Positions 46,334-55,987 of a DNA stretch of 64,000 bases are shown piece after piece. Source of the DNA: Holophaga sp. (lineage in GTDB: Bacteria > Acidobacteriota > Holophagae > Holophagales > Holophagaceae); the NCBI GenBank assembly GCA_035353395.1, contig DAOPZL010000009.1:5687-69686 (forward strand), read 5' to 3'. The translations under genes and the position numbers were made by a program. The first letter of the stretch is position 1. Each line of letters starts with the position of its first letter. The notes below the pieces were generated by a model. It did not search any database and was not told the origin of the DNA. It saw only the letters and a list, made by a program, of their open reading frames with translations.

Positions 46334-47002
46334 TCAGCCTCCGAAGCCCAGGGCAGGGATGAAACGTATCTGTTGGAAATTCGGAAGATGGCGCAAGGAG
46401 TCGAGGACGCCGTCCGGCGGGAGTTCATCGAGCTGCACGGACATGAGCGCCTGGCCGCCGCGGGACGTTCGGTGCACCTTCATCGACGCGATGTTGAGGC
46501 CCGCCCTCGCCAGGATGGCGGACACCACGGCCACGCTCCCGGCCCGGTCGGGGTAGGCCAGCAGCAGGGTCGGGAATTCGCCGTCGAGGTTCGTCTTGAA
46601 TCCGTCGATGTCCCAGATCTTGATGCGGGCCCCGCCGATGGAGCTTCCGCAGACATCCACTTCGTGGTCCGGGGTGGCCAGGTGGATGCGCACCGAGTTG
46701 GGATGCACGTCGCCCAGGTCCTCTTCCTCGAAGCGGTACTCGAGACCCTCCTCCAGCGCCCACCGGTCCGCCACGGGGATCCGCTCGTCGTCGGGCCCGA
46801 ACCCCAGGATGCCCGCCAGCAGCGCCAGGGGCGTTCCGTGTCCGCGGCCCGTCGCCGCCATGGATCCGTGCAGGGCGATCCGGGCCTTCGCCGGGACGCT
46901 TCCCAGCAGGCGCCGCGCCATGAGCCCGATGCGCACCGCGCCCGCGGTATGCGAACTGGAGGGCCCGACCATGACGGGACCGATGATGTCGAATATTCCC
47001 AT
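46334..47002 (-). CDS. sdaAB: L-serine ammonia-lyase (Fe-S dependent), beta subunit
   Basis: Track ORF 46334..47059 trimmed to ATG 47002 (MGIFDIIGPVMVGPSSSHTAGAVRIG). It has a C-terminal ACT-like domain. Confidence 0.9.
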   Translation of the reverse strand: MGIFDIIGPVMVGPSSSHTAGAVRIGLMARRLLGSVPAKARIALHGSMAATGRGHGTPLALLAGILGFGPDDERIPVADRWALEEGLEYRFEEEDLGDVHPNSVRIHLATPDHEVDVCGSSIGGARIKIWDIDGFKTNLDGEFPTLLLAYPDRAGSVAVVSAILARAGLNIASMKVHRTSRGGQALMSVQLDELPPDGVLDSLRHLPNFQQIRFIPALGFGG

Positions 47003-47083
47003 CGAACCTCCAGGAAGCGAGGGAGGCTCCATCATAGTCGCGGGGAGGCAGGCCGTCACGCACGCCCCGGCGGGGCGCTCCGG

Positions 47084-47911
47084 TCAACTGACCGGGACCA
47101 GGGCTTTCGGGGGCGGGAGCTCCGGATCCCCCGGATAGCGAACCCGTTCGAGGAACAGGCCCGAGGCGGGAGCCGCATTCTCGGCCCAGTGGAGCGTGGC
47201 CCTGGGATCGGGCCTGGCCAGGTGCCTCGCCACCTCCTCCGGATCCTCCCGCCCCAGGGCGCAACGCACGGAGGCCCCCACCATGCGCCGAACCTGGCGC
47301 CTCAGGAAGTGCCTGGCCGTGACCCGCAGCAGGATCAGGGATCCCTCGCGCAGGAACTCGCAGGCTCGGATCCGGCACCTGGAATCCTCGCCGGGCTCCA
47401 GGTCGGCGAAGGAGGCCAGGTCGTGGGGTCCTTCGAAGAGCCGCCAGCAAGCCTCCAGTGTCTCGAGGTCCAGGCGCCCCTTCGTCCACCAGACGTAGGG
47501 TTTCGCGAAGGCGCTCCGGCGCAGGCTGACCTGGTAGAGGTAGCTGCGCTCGAGGGCGTCGTGGCGCGCGTGGAAGGCGGGGCTGCACGCGGCGAGGGCC
47601 CGCACGGCGATGTCGGAGGGAAGGTGCTCGTCCAGCAGGCGCCTCAGCTCCGCCGGGGGGGGAGCCGCGGCGCCGTCCAGGTGGAGATGCGCCACCTGGC
47701 CCGCGGCATGGACGCCGATGTCCGTGCGGCCGGAACCCGCGAGGGCGAGGACCCGCAGCCCTCCCTCGTGGAGGAGGCGCTCGAGGGTGCCGGCCACGGT
47801 CCGGATCCCCTGGGCGCTCTGCCGCTCGCCCTGCTTCTGCCAGCCGTGGTAGCGGCTCCCGTCGTATTCCAGGAGCAGCCGGTAGGCTTTCCTGGCCTCG
47901 GCGGGCTTCAT
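47084..47911 (-). CDS. truA: tRNA pseudouridine(38-40) synthase
   Basis: Track ORF 47084..47932. ATG 47911 forms an ATGA overlap with the stop of the upstream response-regulator gene. Motifs: YRLLLEYDGSRYHGWQKQ and GSGRTDIGVHAAGQVAH (catalytic Asp). Confidence 0.9.
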   Translation of the reverse strand: MKPAEARKAYRLLLEYDGSRYHGWQKQGERQSAQGIRTVAGTLERLLHEGGLRVLALAGSGRTDIGVHAAGQVAHLHLDGAAAPPPAELRRLLDEHLPSDIAVRALAACSPAFHARHDALERSYLYQVSLRRSAFAKPYVWWTKGRLDLETLEACWRLFEGPHDLASFADLEPGEDSRCRIRACEFLREGSLILLRVTARHFLRRQVRRMVGASVRCALGREDPEEVARHLARPDPRATLHWAENAAPASGLFLERVRYPGDPELPPPKALVPVS

Positions 47912-48312
47912 TCGGGCAGGGGCAGGACGCACCGGATCTCACCCAGGAAGGCGTCGGGATCGTGGATGGGCTTCGAGATGTAGTGCTCGGCCCCGGTCTC
48001 GGACAGGAAGCGCTCCCGGTCCCCGAACATGGCGTGGGCGGTGGCGAGCATGACGGGGACCTTGGCCGTCTCCGGCCTGGACTTGAGGAGCCGCGTGATG
48101 AAGATGCCGTCCACCTTCCGGCCCTCATAGGAGGAGCGCGAGAGGCTGATGTCCATGATGATCGCGTGGACGGTCCCGCTGGCGGCGAGCTGGAGGATCT
48201 CGTCGACGTCCTCCGAGACGCAGACTTCGTAGCCGCCCTTGCGGGTGAGCACCACCTTCATGAACTTCACGTTGATAGCGTCGTCCTCGACGATGAGGAT
48301 CTTCTGTGGCAT
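47908..48312 (-). CDS. single-domain response regulator (CheY-like receiver)
   Basis: Track ORF of 134 aa. It begins KILIVEDDAINVKFM, has the acceptor Asp in AIIMDISL and a conserved Lys region (YISKP). Confidence 0.9.
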   Translation of the reverse strand: MPQKILIVEDDAINVKFMKVVLTRKGGYEVCVSEDVDEILQLAASGTVHAIIMDISLSRSSYEGRKVDGIFITRLLKSRPETAKVPVMLATAHAMFGDRERFLSETGAEHYISKPIHDPDAFLGEIRCVLPLPE

Positions 48313-48328
48313 CCGGGACCTCTGCGGG

Positions 48329-49213
48329 CTAAGGATACTCCGTTTGGCCGGACCCGGCCGCGGGATCCGGACCCCTTCGAGGCCTCCTGGCCTCCAGAGC
48401 CCCCAGGATCTCGTCCGGGACGTTCAGGTTCCCCCTCCCGGTGCCCAGGGAGAGCCCCGGTTTGGAACTGCCGTGGTAATCGCTGCCTCCGCAGGCCACC
48501 ATGTCCAGGTCGCGGGCCAGCCTGCAGAAATACTGCTGCTCGGCGGGGCTGTATTCACCGTAGTAGGCCTCGAATCCCACGATGCCCAGGTCCTTCAGGT
48601 CCCGCATGGCTTCCTCCCAGCGGAAGCCGCGCTGGGAGCACCGGCCCGGGTGGGCCACGACGCAGACCCCTCCGGCTTCGGAGATCCACCGGACGGCCTC
48701 GGCGGGCGTGATCACCCGGAAGGGGACGTGGCCCGGGCAGCCGTCGCCGATGAGGCGCGCGAAGACGTCCTGGCGGCTGCTGGCCGCGCCTCGCTTGATG
48801 AGGGCCTTGGCGAAATGGGACCTGGAGAGGAGACGGGTCGGCGCCACCGCGGCCACCTCCTCGAGGGTGATCGGGATGTTCAGGGCGTGGAGGCGCTCGA
48901 CCATCCGGAAGTTCCGCTCCTCCCGCCTCTGGCGCATGTCGCTGATGCGCTCCAGGAGCGTGGGGTGGAGCGGGTCGATGAAGAGCCCCAGGAGGTGGAC
49001 CTCCATGTTCATGAACCGGCAGCTCAGCTCCAGGCCCGGGACAAGCCGGGCCCTGGCTGCGGCCTGGGCCTCGAGGAAGCGCGGCAGTCCCGCCACGGTG
49101 TCGTGGTCGGTCAGGGCGACGGCCGAGAGGCCGCACCCGTCCGCCAGCTCCGCCAGAGCCTCGGGCGTGTCAGTGCCATCGGAGAAGATGGAATGGCAGT
49201 GGAGGTCGATCAA
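48329..49213 (-). CDS. PHP-domain metal-dependent phosphoesterase (TrpH/YciV-like)
   Basis: Track ORF of 294 aa. Motifs: MIDLHCHSIFSDG, ALTDHDT, GGSDYHG. Confidence 0.85.
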   Translation of the reverse strand: MIDLHCHSIFSDGTDTPEALAELADGCGLSAVALTDHDTVAGLPRFLEAQAAARARLVPGLELSCRFMNMEVHLLGLFIDPLHPTLLERISDMRQRREERNFRMVERLHALNIPITLEEVAAVAPTRLLSRSHFAKALIKRGAASSRQDVFARLIGDGCPGHVPFRVITPAEAVRWISEAGGVCVVAHPGRCSQRGFRWEEAMRDLKDLGIVGFEAYYGEYSPAEQQYFCRLARDLDMVACGGSDYHGSSKPGLSLGTGRGNLNVPDEILGALEARRPRRGPDPAAGSGQTEYP

Positions 49214-49262
49214 GGTCGGACCCGGGAGGAAGGGTGGGACAGAACGGAATCGATGGAAAGGA

Positions 49263-49541
49263 TCAGGTCGCGAGCAGCCGGCGATTCGCGCGGTAGAGGG
49301 CCGCGAGCATCACCGCGACCGCCTGGAACAGTTCCGGGGGGATCATCATGTCGACATCGAGGGGCTCCAGGGCCTCGAGGAGATCGGGATCCCGCTCCAC
49401 GGGAACGTCGTGTTCCCGGGCGAGATCCAGGATCCGGTCCGCCAGGAGCCCTCGTCCCTTCGCCACGAGCCTGGGCGCCGCGTCCAGGAAGGGCGCCTCG
49501 GGGTGGTAGCGAAGGGCTACGGCTCTGGGTCTCTTGGTCAT
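49263..49541 (-). CDS. stand-alone FlhB/EscU C-terminal-domain-like protein (YlqH-like)
   Basis: Track ORF of 92 aa. AVALRY..APRLVAKGRGLLADRILDLAREHDVPVERDPDLLEAL matches the cytoplasmic FlhB-C/Bac_export_2 tail pattern. Confidence 0.75.
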   Translation of the reverse strand: MTKRPRAVALRYHPEAPFLDAAPRLVAKGRGLLADRILDLAREHDVPVERDPDLLEALEPLDVDMMIPPELFQAVAVMLAALYRANRRLLAT

Positions 49542-49551
49542 TCCATGGAGA

Positions 49552-51072
49552 CTACTGGATCAGCTGGGTGGCCTTCTCGTCGTCCTCGAGTTCGTCCATC
49601 GCCAGCCGCCGGAAGATGGCCATGTCGGCCAGGGACATGAAGCTGATGTAGGCGAAGCCGCTGAAGAAGAGCCAGAGGAAGGGGACGGAGGCCCACTTCC
49701 GGAGGTAGACGGCGATCCCCATGGCCACGAGATAGTAGACGGCGAAGGCCAGGTCCAGGAAGGTGATGAGGCTCTTGGGCACCTTGTAGGCCCGCTTGCT
49801 GATGGCCTTGCCGTTCTCGTCCACGCCCAGCTTGGGCGTGCGCTTGAACTCGATGTCGTTGGTGAAGAAGCCTTCCAGCACGGCCTTGGCCTGGTTCAGG
49901 CCGAGCCCGATGCCGAGGCTCATCAGGCAGGGAATGTACTTGATCCGCTTGGTCCAGCCCTTGTTGTTCTTCACCTCGCGCTGGGACAGGCCGAAGTAGA
50001 GGCCCACGCTCACGGCGTTCAGCACGAAGAACGGGCCGTCGGTGAGCAGCAGGATCTTCGCGGGGGTTCCGGTGCGGAAGACCATGCAGGGAACCATGAT
50101 GATGGCCAGGATGACCATCAGGATGTAGTTGCAGTTGGCGGTCAGGTGGAACCAGCACTCGGCCTTGGTGTGCAGGCTCTCCTTGCTGGTGAGGAGGGTC
50201 TTCATGAGCTTGCGGATGACCTGGGCGTTGCCCTTGGCCCAGCGGTGCTGCTGGCTCTTGAAGGCGTTCACCTCCACGGGCAGCTCGGCGGGGACCACGA
50301 GGTCCTTGAGGTAGACGCCCCGCCAGCCCTTCAGCTGGGCGCGGTAGCTCAGGTCGGCGTCCTCGGTGATGGTGTCGTGCTGCCACCCGCCCGCGTCGGC
50401 GATGGCCGAGACGCGCCACATGCCCGCGGTGCCGGAGAAGTTGAAGAAGGCATTGGACCGGTGGCGGGCGGTGTGCTCGTAGATGAAGTGGCCGTCGAGC
50501 AGGATGGCCTGGACCTGGGTCAGGAGGGAGAAGTCCCGGTTGAGGTGGTCCCAGCAGCCCTGGATGAAGGCGATCTTGTCGTCGGCGAAGTGGGGGACGG
50601 CCTTCCGGAGGAAGTCCGGGGTGGGGAGGAAGTCGGCGTCGAACATGGCCACGAACTCGCCCTTGGCGGCCTTGAGGCCGTTGTCCAGGGCGCCGGCCTT
50701 GAAGCCGGTGCGGTCCGTGCGGTGGATGTAGCTGATGTCGTAACCCAGGAGGCGGTACCGCTCGCAGATGTTCTGGGCCACCTTGACGGTGTCGTCCGTG
50801 GAGTCGTCCAGCACCTGGATCTCGAGCTTCTCCTTGGGCCAGTCCATGCGGACGACGTAGTCCATGAGGCGCTCCACGACGTTCATCTCGTTGAAGATCG
50901 CGAGCTGCACGGTGACCATCGGGAGGAAGTCCGGTCCGCCCTTGGGCTGGGGCACGTCCTTCTTGTGCCGGTAGTAAAGGATGAGCATCCAGAGCCGATG
51001 GGCCCCATAGATGCTGAGAATGGACAAGATCGTGAAGTAGGTCGCGAGCACGATCGTGCGGACGAGTTCCAT
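49552..51072 (-). CDS. family-2 glycosyltransferase, processive cellulose-synthase-like type
   Basis: Track ORF 49552..51150 trimmed to ATG 51072, which is preceded by GAGGAGG at ~10 nt. It has an N-terminal TM helix, DDS and DAD motifs (QVLDDSTDDT; AMFDADF), TED (TITEDADLS), QxxRW (QQHRWAKG) and C-terminal TM helices. Confidence 0.85.
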   Translation of the reverse strand: MELVRTIVLATYFTILSILSIYGAHRLWMLILYYRHKKDVPQPKGGPDFLPMVTVQLAIFNEMNVVERLMDYVVRMDWPKEKLEIQVLDDSTDDTVKVAQNICERYRLLGYDISYIHRTDRTGFKAGALDNGLKAAKGEFVAMFDADFLPTPDFLRKAVPHFADDKIAFIQGCWDHLNRDFSLLTQVQAILLDGHFIYEHTARHRSNAFFNFSGTAGMWRVSAIADAGGWQHDTITEDADLSYRAQLKGWRGVYLKDLVVPAELPVEVNAFKSQQHRWAKGNAQVIRKLMKTLLTSKESLHTKAECWFHLTANCNYILMVILAIIMVPCMVFRTGTPAKILLLTDGPFFVLNAVSVGLYFGLSQREVKNNKGWTKRIKYIPCLMSLGIGLGLNQAKAVLEGFFTNDIEFKRTPKLGVDENGKAISKRAYKVPKSLITFLDLAFAVYYLVAMGIAVYLRKWASVPFLWLFFSGFAYISFMSLADMAIFRRLAMDELEDDEKATQLIQ

Positions 51073-51240
51073 CGCTATCAAACCTCCTCGCCCACCAGCA
51101 TGAGCGAACCTCAATTCTGCCATCTTTTCGTCGAAAAGTCCTTTCATCATTAGGGAAAAACATTGGGAAAACTCGTGCCAATTTCAGCTAAAATGCTAAA
51201 AGTCCTTGATTCCTGATCGGTTGCCCCAGAGCGAACACGA

Positions 51241-53154
51241 ATGCCAGATACCGAGAACATCCCCAGGACCATCGGCCGCTACGAGGTCAGGCGTCAGCTC
51301 GGAGCGGGCGCCATGGGTTGCGTCTACCTCGCGGAGGACCCTCGGATCAAGCGCAAGCTGGCCATCAAGGTCGTGAAGCTGGACGCCATGCGCAGCGAGG
51401 AGGACCGCCGGGAGTACCTGGCGCGCTTCCAGCGGGAAGCGGAGGTGTCGGGAGTCCTCAACGATCCGGGCATCGTCACCATCTATGATGTGGGCGACAG
51501 CGACATGGGGCCCTTCCTGGCCATGGAATACGTCCAGGGGCAGCCCCTGGACGGCCTCATCAAGTCCGGGCGGCTGCCGGCCATGCCGCTCCGGGCCAAG
51601 CTGAGGATCGCCTGCGGGGTGGCCGCGGCCCTGGATCACGCCCACGCCCACAACATCGTCCACCGGGACGTGAAGCCGGGCAACGTCATCCTCACGGAGG
51701 ACGGGCGGCCCAAGCTCATGGACTTCGGCATCGCCAAGCGCGAGGACGCCTCCCTGACGCAGACGGGCACCTTCCTGGGGACCCCCAGCTATGCGAGCCC
51801 CGAGCAGATCAAGGAGGGCCACGCGACCCTCCTCTCGGACGTGTTCAGCTTCGGCGTGATGATCTTCGAGCTCCTGTCCGGGACCTTGCCGTTCCCCGGG
51901 ACCTCGATCAACACGATCCTCTACCGGATCGTCAACGAGCAGCCGGTGGAGGTGAATCCCCCGGTCGCCGGCCTGCTTCCCGACGCCTGGCAGCGGATCT
52001 TCCTGAGGGTCCTCTCCAAGAACCCGGGGGAGCGCCATCCCTCCTGCTCGGCCTTCGTCCGGGAACTGATCGAAGCGGCGACGGAACTGGATCCGTCCGT
52101 CCGGACGGAACTCCTGGGCCTGCTCCGGCAGGGGGCCGTGCCCCTGGTGATGCCGCCGACCCCCATCACCCGGACCCTGGACGACACCCAGGCCACGAGC
52201 CGGCGCAGGATCCGTCCGGGCTCGAGGGGGGTGCTCTACGGCGGGATCCTGGCGGGGCTCGTGGTCCTGGGACTGGGCTTCTTCCTGTTCTCGGGCAAGG
52301 CCGGAGAGGAAGTCCGCCTCACGACCGATCCCCCCCAGGCGACCCTGGCCATGAACGGGCAGGTCCTGGACGCGAACAAGCCGCTGATCATGAAGGAGGG
52401 GGACCGGCTCGAGATCCGGAAGCCGGGCTTCGTGACGGCGCAGTACGTGCACGGGAGGGGCGACAAGGCCCCCCGGATCGTCCTGCAGCCGGTCCTGAGC
52501 GAGGTGAGGCTGCGCACGGATCCGCCCGGCGCCGAGGTCGTCCTGGATTCCCGCAAGCTGCAGGGCGCCACCCCCTTGGTGATCAAGGACTGGAACCAGG
52601 GCCAGCTCCACGACTTGACCTTCACGCATCCCCAGTCCGGCGTCGGGCTCTCCACCCGCTTCGACGTGGGGGAGGTTCCCGGGGACAAGGTCTTCAAGCT
52701 CCTGCCCCTGGACGAGCTGCGCACGACGGGCGAGACGGGCAACGTGGTCTCCTCCTCGACGGGGGTCCTCAAGCTGGCGGGCGGCTTCACGGCCCGGGTC
52801 AAGGTGGACGGAAAGGACGTGGGGGGAGGCGCCAGGCTTTCGCTCGCCCCCGGCAGCCACAGGATCGACCTCGCCAACCCGAAGGTCTTCTACCAGGAGA
52901 CCCGGACGGTGCAGATCACCGCCGGCCAGACGGTGACGGTCGCCCTGCCGGACCTGGCCAGGCTGACCGTCTCCACCTTCCCGTCCTCGGGGACCATCGT
53001 GATCGACGGGGTGCCCACGGAGGTGGAAAGCGACGGCAGCACCGCCATTCCGGTGGTCAAGGGCAGGCACACCATCAGCATCCAGGGAAGGGAGGGCAGC
53101 TCCCGCACCATCGAGGTGGACAAGGAAACCCTGGAGCTGAATTTCAAGATCTAG
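51241..53154 (+). CDS. Ser/Thr protein kinase with TM segment and C-terminal PEGA-like domains
   Basis: Track ORF of 637 aa. Kinase motifs: GAGAMGCVY, AIKVV, HRDVKPGNVIL, DFGIAK, GTPSYASPEQ. It has a TM helix (GGILAGLVVLGLGFFLF) and at least 3 PEGA-like repeats (LTTDPPQATLAMNGQ; LRTDPPGAEVVLDSR; LTVSTFPSSGTIVIDG). Confidence 0.9.
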   Translation: MPDTENIPRTIGRYEVRRQLGAGAMGCVYLAEDPRIKRKLAIKVVKLDAMRSEEDRREYLARFQREAEVSGVLNDPGIVTIYDVGDSDMGPFLAMEYVQGQPLDGLIKSGRLPAMPLRAKLRIACGVAAALDHAHAHNIVHRDVKPGNVILTEDGRPKLMDFGIAKREDASLTQTGTFLGTPSYASPEQIKEGHATLLSDVFSFGVMIFELLSGTLPFPGTSINTILYRIVNEQPVEVNPPVAGLLPDAWQRIFLRVLSKNPGERHPSCSAFVRELIEAATELDPSVRTELLGLLRQGAVPLVMPPTPITRTLDDTQATSRRRIRPGSRGVLYGGILAGLVVLGLGFFLFSGKAGEEVRLTTDPPQATLAMNGQVLDANKPLIMKEGDRLEIRKPGFVTAQYVHGRGDKAPRIVLQPVLSEVRLRTDPPGAEVVLDSRKLQGATPLVIKDWNQGQLHDLTFTHPQSGVGLSTRFDVGEVPGDKVFKLLPLDELRTTGETGNVVSSSTGVLKLAGGFTARVKVDGKDVGGGARLSLAPGSHRIDLANPKVFYQETRTVQITAGQTVTVALPDLARLTVSTFPSSGTIVIDGVPTEVESDGSTAIPVVKGRHTISIQGREGSSRTIEVDKETLELNFKI

Positions 53155-53224
53155 GATTCGTTCATCGGATTTCGCGGGAACGGCCCATTGGACTATCGTG
53201 ATTCCGGGAAGGGAGGTCAGAGAG

Positions 53225-54187
53225 ATGGACACGGCACCGGCGCCTCCCGAAATGGAATTCCCGGGATCCCCGGGACCTTGGCGGTCCTGGAGGGAGGCCG
53301 TCTCGGGCGGATTCTCCGGCCGCGGGCTGCAGCTCATCCTGGCCTGGATCGTCTTCGATGCGCTCTCCGGGACGGCCTGGGCCCTGCACCTCGAGGGACT
53401 GGCCCGGTGGAGCGCGCTGCCCAGCTACTGGGGCGAACTGCTCACCGCCAGGGACGTGTGGGAGCTCCTGGAGAACGGCGGCCTCCGGCAGGACCCGCTG
53501 GGAACCTGGGCTCCGCTGATCGGCTCCCTGGCCCTGCTCTGGGTTTTCTGGGCCGGCTGGCGGGTCCAGACGGGGGCGGTGGGCCTGGCCGCCCGGCTGG
53601 GTCCATGGCTTTGCGGCTTCCTGGAGACCCTGATCATCGGGATCCCCATCGTCATTCTCGGCTACGGGGTGTCCTGGGTGCTGGAGGGCCTCGCCGGGAC
53701 GGGCATCCACGGACTCGGCTGGCTGAACCTGGTGGGGGGCACCCTGTTCCGCATGTTCTGCGTCTCCACCGCCATGGTCCAGTGGTGGCTATGCCGGATC
53801 GACCGGGCCGGGCTGCACCAGCCGAACTGGTACCTGGGCAGCCCCGAGCGGCTCCTGACGCACATGGCGCAGAGCTTCCAGCGGCTCTGGACCCACCCCC
53901 TGCAGTGGGGAGCCTTCATCCTGGGCGGGGTGCTCGTCAGGGTGGGGCTGCACTTCCTGGTGTTCCTCTTCGCCTGGAGGGCGGGCGGGGGCAGCAGCGC
54001 CCGCGTGTGGATCTTCCTCCTCCTGCAGATCGGGGCCGCCGGCGTGAACGCCTGGCTCCTGGGCTGGTTCCTGAGGCTCACCGCGCTCTTCTGGCGCGAG
54101 GATGCCCGCCAGCGCCGCGAGACCCGGGGCCTCGAACGGGGTTACGAGGGGCGGAACGAGGAAGAACGGCAGCATGGGATGGCTTGA
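53225..54187 (+). CDS. hypothetical polytopic membrane protein
   Basis: Track ORF 53198..54187, with the first ATG at 53225. It has about 7 hydrophobic, Trp-rich helices. No family was recognised. Confidence 0.5.
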   Translation: MDTAPAPPEMEFPGSPGPWRSWREAVSGGFSGRGLQLILAWIVFDALSGTAWALHLEGLARWSALPSYWGELLTARDVWELLENGGLRQDPLGTWAPLIGSLALLWVFWAGWRVQTGAVGLAARLGPWLCGFLETLIIGIPIVILGYGVSWVLEGLAGTGIHGLGWLNLVGGTLFRMFCVSTAMVQWWLCRIDRAGLHQPNWYLGSPERLLTHMAQSFQRLWTHPLQWGAFILGGVLVRVGLHFLVFLFAWRAGGGSSARVWIFLLLQIGAAGVNAWLLGWFLRLTALFWREDARQRRETRGLERGYEGRNEEERQHGMA

Positions 54188-54359
54188 TCGCTGAGGACCT
54201 TGACCCCAGGGTTGGAGGGGGGCCTGGGCGGAAAGTGCCTATGTCGAAATGGAGCATGCGAGCCTTCCCTTGACGGGGAGTACCCCGGGAGTACCCTTTG
54301 GGTCGGGCAAGGCGATTGAGAAATTGCTTCCCTGCCAAGGGACCCATTCCGGAGGATGC

Positions 54360-54593
54360 ATGGATTTTCTTAAGCCTGAGGTCCAGGACCGCCTGATGAA
54401 GGAACACTTCGAGTTCCGCAAGCTGATGGAAGAGCACAAGGCTGCGGACGAGCGGTTGCACTATCTCCAGAACAAGATCCGTCTCACTGCGAAGGAGTCG
54501 ATCGAAGAGGTCGAACTCAAGAAGGCCAAGCTTCGCGCCAAGGAGCGGATCTACCGCATCGTCGAAGAGCACTCGAAGGGGCGCAGCCAGTAG
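54360..54593 (+). CDS. DUF465 (YdcH-like) small coiled-coil protein
   Basis: Track ORF 54249..54593 trimmed to ATG 54360 (MDFLKPEVQDRLMKEHFEFRKLMEEHKAADERL). This is the typical DUF465 pattern, and the product is 77 aa. Confidence 0.75.
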   Translation: MDFLKPEVQDRLMKEHFEFRKLMEEHKAADERLHYLQNKIRLTAKESIEEVELKKAKLRAKERIYRIVEEHSKGRSQ

Positions 54594-54618
54594 GATCAGC
54601 AACGGATCCTGGACAGGA

Positions 54619-54649
54619 CCTGCCCCGGCTTCACCGGGGCAGGTTTTTT
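54619..54649 (+). terminator. rho-independent terminator
   Basis: CCTGCCCCGG (54619-28), loop CTTCA, CCGGGGCAGG (54634-43), then TTTTTT (54644-49). This is a 10-bp perfect stem lying 26 nt after the DUF465 stop. Confidence 0.8.
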
Positions 54650-54673
54650 AGTTCCGGGCCTCGGGATCGGGCC

Positions 54674-55879
54674 TCAGCCGACGACCTCCGGCACGAAGGC
54701 CTCGCCCATCCAGTAGACCAGCTCCAGGGGGTGCTTCACGTCCCAGAGCAGCACCTTGCCGAGGGCTCCGGGGTGCAGGTGGCCGAGGTCCGGCCGCTTC
54801 AGGCTCCGGGCAGGGTGCAGGGTCACGGCCGTGTAGGCCTCCTCGAAGGTCATCCGCAGTTGCAGGCATCCCAGGCGCAGGACCAGGAGGGGATCGAGGC
54901 AGGCGCAGGAGCCCGGGTTGAAGTCCGAGGCCAGGGCCACCCGGCAGCCGGCCTCGATCATCCTGCGGGCCGGAGCCCAGTCCCGCATGCCCAGGAACAG
55001 GGTCGTGCAGGGCAGGAGGGTGGGCGTCACCCCGGCCGCGGCCATGGCCTTGATGCCCTCGTCGGAGGCGAACATCAGGTGGTCGGCGCTGGCGGCGCCC
55101 AGCTCGGCCGCCAGTTCGGCGCCGCCCGTGTGGCCGAACTCGTCGGCGTGGATCCTGGGGACCAGGCCCAGGGCTTTGCCGGACTCCAGGACCGCGCGGC
55201 CGTCCGCCGGGGAGAACACGCCCTTCTCCACGAACACGTCGCAGAATCTGGCGATCCCCGGGTGGCGCCGGACCAGTTCCGGCTGCCAGGTCTCCGCCAC
55301 GACCTTGGCGTAGCCCGCGGGGTCCCCCTGGAACTCGGGAGGGATGTCGTGGGCGGGCATGAGCGTGACGTCGAGGCTCCAGCCCCGGCCCTTCAGGACA
55401 CCGTAGGCCTCCAGCAGCCGCGATTCCGAGTCCAGGGACAGGCCGTAGCCCGTCTTGGCCTCCAGGTGCACGACGCCCTTCCCCTTCAGCTTCCGGAGGC
55501 GGTCCTCGCCCAGCGAGACCAGCTCGTCCAGGCCGGCCGCCCGGGTGGCGCGCACCGTCTCCCGGATGCCGCCTCCTTCCTCCGCGATCTGGGCGTAGCT
55601 CACGCCGTGGAGCCTGCGGTTGAACTCCTGGCTGCGGTCGCCGCCGAAGATCAGGTGGGTGTGGGGGTCCACGAAGCCGGGGGAGGCCCACCGCCCCTTC
55701 CCGTCCACGATTTCCGCGCTCCGCCACTCCGGGGGCAGCGCCGCCTCGGGTCCCAGCCAGGCGACCCGCCCTCCCTCCAGGGCCACGGCTGCCTTCTCGA
55801 CGTAGTCCACGGCCCAGGGGCGGGCAGGATCCGGAGTGACGACTCCACGGAGGTTGGTGAGGAGGGTTCGCGTTTCCAT
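54674..55879 (-). CDS. hutI: imidazolonepropionase
   Basis: Track ORF of 401 aa. Motifs: [35 protein letters not shown]. Confidence 0.95.
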   Translation of the reverse strand: METRTLLTNLRGVVTPDPARPWAVDYVEKAAVALEGGRVAWLGPEAALPPEWRSAEIVDGKGRWASPGFVDPHTHLIFGGDRSQEFNRRLHGVSYAQIAEEGGGIRETVRATRAAGLDELVSLGEDRLRKLKGKGVVHLEAKTGYGLSLDSESRLLEAYGVLKGRGWSLDVTLMPAHDIPPEFQGDPAGYAKVVAETWQPELVRRHPGIARFCDVFVEKGVFSPADGRAVLESGKALGLVPRIHADEFGHTGGAELAAELGAASADHLMFASDEGIKAMAAAGVTPTLLPCTTLFLGMRDWAPARRMIEAGCRVALASDFNPGSCACLDPLLVLRLGCLQLRMTFEEAYTAVTLHPARSLKRPDLGHLHPGALGKVLLWDVKHPLELVYWMGEAFVPEVVG

Positions 55880-55987
55880 GGCTAGATTGTGCCACCTTTG
55901 GCCGGGCCCGCTTTCGGATCGGCGGGAGGCGGCTGGGCCGCTCTGTTAACATCCAGCAACCCGGAGGTTCCAGTGCGGCAGGGATCG

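Noticed and set aside
54277-54296. Tandem direct repeat GGAGTACCC(C)GGGAGTACCC upstream of the DUF465 gene
   Set aside because: It is two 9-nt copies only, with no further copies noticed elsewhere. It is likely chance.
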